Assembly (NCBI GenBank): GCA_951406725.2
Contig: OX597822.1
Coordinates: 18,042,001-18,106,000 of the forward strand
Reading direction: 5' to 3'
DNA length: 64,000 bases
Source of the DNA: Octopus vulgaris
Lineage: Eukaryota
In this document: positions 59,306 to 64,000 of the stretch, piece by piece
How the letters are laid out: the number at the start of each line of letters is the position of its first letter
Position numbering within the stretch: position 1 is the first letter of the stretch
Translations under genes and position numbers: made by a program
Notes under the pieces: model-generated
The model's input: only the letters and a program-made list of their open reading frames with translations
What the model was told of the DNA's origin: nothing
Database searches by the model: none

Positions 59306-61359
59306 TTGGATCAGGGTTTCATAGCTATGTTTATCTTTGTATTTGAATCATATTTTAATCACTGTAGATATAAATGGCAGCATGGCTATCTTTGACTGAA
59401 GATATCCCTTCACAGCCATGTGGATCTTGGTTTACTTTCGTGGTACATCACACACACACACACGCACGCACACTCACACACACACACACACACACATACA
59501 CATATTGGCATTAGGAAGGACATCCATCCATAGATACCATGTGAAAGCAGACATTGGAGCTTGGTGTATTCCTTGTATTGCGGTTCTTGTCAAACTGTCC
59601 AACCCATGCCAGCAGAATAAAGCAGATGTTAAATGATGATGATGATATATATGTGTGTGTATTTGTGTGTGTGTGAAGCATTAAAAGCTTCATTTTGAAT
59701 GCAAGTTGTTAGAGTCGAGTCCCACTGCTAAGACCCTGTCAACTGGTGTCCCCCACTCTCTTCTATTATAGCCATGGATTGACCAATAGCTGGTAACTGA
59801 AAATACTAAAAGATCATCATGAATAATAGGTTTTGTTTGTGTGTGTAAGCAAATCCTTATCAACAATATCGACCATGTTGTTTGCCTGCATTCCGTCAGA
59901 CAAGCATGTTTTGGTTGATTGTTGTTTGACGGACTGAGGCATTTACTGCTTGGAAATGGGTGTGGGTTGGTGTCAAGAAAAGTCCATGGCCCTAAGAAGT
60001 TCTCCTTCAGTGTAGCTGCATCTGACTTATTACGCAAGCATGGAAAAATCAACATGAAAATGATGGCAATAATGAGGAGGACAATGACAACGGCGATGAA
60101 GATGTCCACACATTGTGCTTATCCGAGTGACATGGGCATCGTGTAATTTTGCTCACATCAATAATGTGACAGCAGGAAAGCCAGACTGAACAATAATTAC
60201 AGGAGAAAGCCTCTTTACAGAGCATGTTTTATGTCTGCCATTCAATCAATAAAATGTTGTACTCTTGGGCAATTTTTAATACTTTTTCCCCACAATCCAG
60301 ACTCTGTAAATGTCGCTTTTCTGTTCAATTGACAAAGGACTTATTTTGTAAAGCACTATTTTCTCTTCAGAGACACAGTAACAATAACAAAGTTGATTAC
60401 ATAAAACAGATTTATATAAATATATACACACCACATGAATGCACGCACACACGCACACACACTCTCTCTCTTTCAGAACAGAATCATAGGATAAATAAAG
60501 ACATCACTGATTTTGCCATGTCTTTAAATTCTTCAGCATGTTGGTGGTTTTTGTGAGCTAAATTGCTTTTAATGTTGTTTAAATTGATCAACTGAGAACA
60601 ATGTTACAGATTGACACACACACAGCACATTTGATAATCATAAACAAAAGACATGATTGTTTCACCTGTGTCTGTGTGTGTGTGACCCCTTCAGTATAAT
60701 GTTTTACATATTCAGCAGCAATTTAAATTCGCTGTTAGTCAGGCTGTACAAAAGATGAAAGAGTAACATTAGCATTGTTCTCCAGTTTGGGTTTTATGTT
60801 GTATAGCTAATTAAATATTCACAGGACCTTGAAAGCTTGTTTGGATAACTGGCGCTCAGAAAACTAGTATTTGATGACTGTGCAGAGTTATGTGTGTGTT
60901 TGTGTGTATTATTTATTATGTAATTATATATGTGTGTTTATTATGTACTTGTGTGTGTGTGTCTATTATTAATTTCTGTCAGCTTAGAATATTAACATCT
61001 CTAAAGAAAATTAAGAATATGGTATTCTATGAAGGAAGACCTTTATATTGTTTTAGACATTTACTTGTTACTCTCACCATAGGAAGGGCAGTGAACCAGA
61101 GCTTGATCTGTTGGAAACCTGTAACCAGTAATCCTCCTCCTCATCATCATCATCACCACCACCACCATCCTCATCACCATTCTCATCATCGTTTTACATC
61201 TGCTTTCCATACTGTCATGGGTTGGATGGGTTATCCTAGTCAGAGTCAGCATATATTAGGGGTTACTTCTAACCTAAATGGGTTGGAGGACCTCAACTTG
61301 CTTATGTGTTTCATTTTCCCCAAAATTATAATGTGAAATAACCCCAACCCATATATATA

Positions 61360-61728
61360 AGGAACCCGTGGAAGAGGTCGACCCAGGAAGACATGAGATG
61401 AGGTGGTGAAGCACGACCTTTGAATGTTGGGCCTCACAGGGGCAATGACAAGCGACTGAGACCTTTTGAGATATGCTGTGATTGAGAGGACCTGGCAAGT
61501 CAAGTGAGATTGTAGTTGTGGCCAATGCCAGTACTGCCTGACTGGCCCCCATGCTGGTGGCATGTAAAAAGCACCCACTACACTCTCAGAGTAGTTGGTA
61601 TTAGGAAGGGCATCCAGCTACAGAAACTTTGCCAGATCAGATTGGAACCTGGTGCAACCTTCTTGCTTGTCAGTCCTCAGTCAAACCATCCAACCCATAC
61701 CAGCATGGAAAGTGGATGTTAAACGATG
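61360..61728 (+). mobile_element. RTE 3' part
   Basis: GRGRPRKT*DEVVKHDL remnant followed by the standard tail. Confidence 0.87.
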
Positions 61729-63154
61729 TTTCCCTCTGCCAAATCTATTTGTCCCAAGATATCATGCAGTTGAACTGAACCTGAATGGTTGGTTAGCAAG
61801 CTTTTCAACCATTTAGCCATACGTGCACGTGTATGTACATGCATGCGTGTTTGTGTAAAAAGTGAGAGAGATAAAGAGATCTGACGACTTAGTAACACAG
61901 TTGTGAGATCAAATTTTACAACAACTGTTGCATTTTACTCCCAGGTCAACTACTTAGTTTTGTCTCCTTGCAATATATGGACATCATTTCTGATCTTTGT
62001 TTTTTATAAGGAATAACAAAAAAATGCATGTCTAAAAGCAACTGATCTAAAATTATCTAAACACATTAAAAGTTGGAAAATGTTGAAAGATCCCTCTCCA
62101 CATCACAGCTGACTGCAGTTGCTTTTTCAGGGTTATAAGAAATGGCCCTGTGTCTTTCAAGACTCAGAAATATGGTTTTATTTTTTTATTATTTTCTTAA
62201 GGATTAAGTTATCGATGTACTCTGCTTTGTCACACTGCTCTGCCAGGAAGAATTTTCTTCTCCAAATTATTCATATATTCTGAATTTGTTTCATGTAGTT
62301 CCTCTAAGAGAAAGCTGGAAACATTAGACCTCTTTTACAGTTCACAGTCTCCATTTATTCTGCTGTATTTTCCATTGTTTTTTTTCATTTCATAACAAGT
62401 GTATTGTGCTGTTGTTGTTGTTGTTTCAGTTTTATGTTATGCAAATTTGTGTTTGCAAGTATTAAATCATGACCGTCTGTACTTAAAGTGCATATTTTTG
62501 TTTTTTAGTAATTTGTTACCTGTTTGTTTTTTTAATTCTGTTTATCTTTGAATTTATTTTTATACATTCCAAGAGTAGAGGATTTTTTTCCCCCCTATTT
62601 CAAAGAAGTTTTTCCACTGCTACTGCCATTTTTGTTTCGGACTCTTTTTTGCTCTTTTAGAAGATAAAGTAGTATTGAAAATCATTGTATACAATAAAAA
62701 AAAAAATTCTGGATAAAAAAATTGGTGTTTAAAGCAGATATTAGATTCTTACAACCAATAAAATGTGAACTAAAAGGTATAACAATGGAAGAGTAAGAAG
62801 TATCAAGAGCAAACATGCTGGGTATTGGTTGAAGAATTATATTTAACCGATTCCGAAATTGATAGATAAGCAATGAGATTGATTAACATCTGTTAGCACT
62901 TCTTTAACTTTTACATGTTTTAGCAGTAAAACACTGTTTATGTTGATATGGGACAAGCAATTTTATTAATGATTGAATCCTTTCCCATTGAGACAAAATC
63001 CATGGAATGATCAATTCCCTTGTCTTTAGTGCATTCTCCAAAAAGAAAAAGGTTTTCTTTGAAATCAGACACCAAGTTAATTTTTGTTTCAAGCACTTTC
63101 TGAACTCAGTAAAAATTGGTTTTATTTTCATTGAAATGATGTTAGGAAAGTTAG

Positions 63155-63798
63155 ACATCATCATCCTCATTATCATTTAGTGTCCATTTGTCCATCTGCA
63201 TGGGTTGACCAGGGCTGGTAAGCTGAGGGGTTGCACTTGATTCCAGTCTGATTTGGTGCGGTTTCTACAGCTGGATGCCTTTCCTAATGCTAACCACTCC
63301 AAGAGTGTAATGGGTGCTTTTACATGCCATTTGCATGACACCAGTATCTGTCACTTGGCTTGACGGATCTTCCTTCTCAAGCACAGCATAATGCCAAAGG
63401 CCTCAGCCATTTGTCATTGCTTCTGTGAGGCCTAGCACTCGCTTTTTACATGCCAGTTACATGAAACCAGCCTTGACCACAACTATGGTTTCACTTGACA
63501 GATTTTCTCAAGCACATCATATCATTAAAGGTCTCAGTCACTAGTCATTGCCTCTGTGAGGCCCAATGTTTGAAGATCATGCTTCACCACCTTGTCTTCC
63601 TGGGTCTCCCTGAGTCTTCTTCTTCCACAGCTTCCTGTGTCTCCCTCTTGTCTTCCTGGGTCTCCCTCTTCCACTGGTAGAGATCGGCACTTCTTCACAC
63701 AGCTGTCCACATCCATATGCATCACATGACCATGCCAATGCAGTCGTCTCTCTTTGTCCACTACAGCTGATGCCTTTTATGCCCAACTTTTCTCTCAA
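63155..63798 (-). mobile_element. RTE 3' part
   Basis: LREKLGIKGI..ERRLHWHGHVMHMDVDSCVKKCRSL..GRGRPRKT followed by the tail. Confidence 0.88.
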
Positions 63799-64000
63799 TA
63801 CTTATTGATATAATATTAATATCAAAATAGAAAAACTGTAAAAGAAGGTCAAAGGGGGGGGGAATGATATATTGTAAAGAATGCGAAACTAGAAAAGCAA
63901 TAAACTGTAGATTCCAACAAAATGCTGAGGAAACGTGATCAGATGAAGTTTTAGACTGGAAAAATCATTACTAAAAACCAGTGGTACTTAGGCCTCAGAT

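Noticed and set aside
59690-60109. 139-aa ORF with a hydrophobic N-terminus (signal/TM-like)
   Set aside because: The hydrophobic part is the antisense of a decayed (GAT)n retroposon tail, and the region resembles a decayed retroposon 3' end.

Overview
AT-rich, microsatellite-dense eukaryotic genomic DNA with a 100-N scaffold gap at 46839-46938. The repeat content (RTE/BovB-type LINE tails ending in (GAT)n, two tRNA-derived SINE families, Dong/R4 and CR1-group LINEs, mariner, non-autonomous Helitrons, very long (TA)n arrays) strongly resembles an octopus/cephalopod genome; this is inference from recalled repeat families, not a search result. I recognise no intact host protein-coding exon. The long ORFs in the track are translations of microsatellites or fragments of transposons. 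Main structure: (i) a ~4.6-4.7 kb tandem duplication (1-4529 / 4530-9209) with a template-switch patchwork junction; (ii) a nested TE cluster at 27.2-33.7 kb; (iii) a CR1-group LINE with long open frames at 46947-49233 whose 3' stem-loop is shared with the local SINEs. The most interesting signal is a set of type I hammerhead ribozyme motifs, read by eye from core plus helix pairing, at 2241, 6869, 31812, 33115(-) and 33619, with weaker ones at 40788(-) and 43592. They have the short palindromic helix III typical of Penelope-like elements. Three have an unusually long (~60 nt) helix II domain, and one pair forms the inverted ends of a TSD-flanked composite element.
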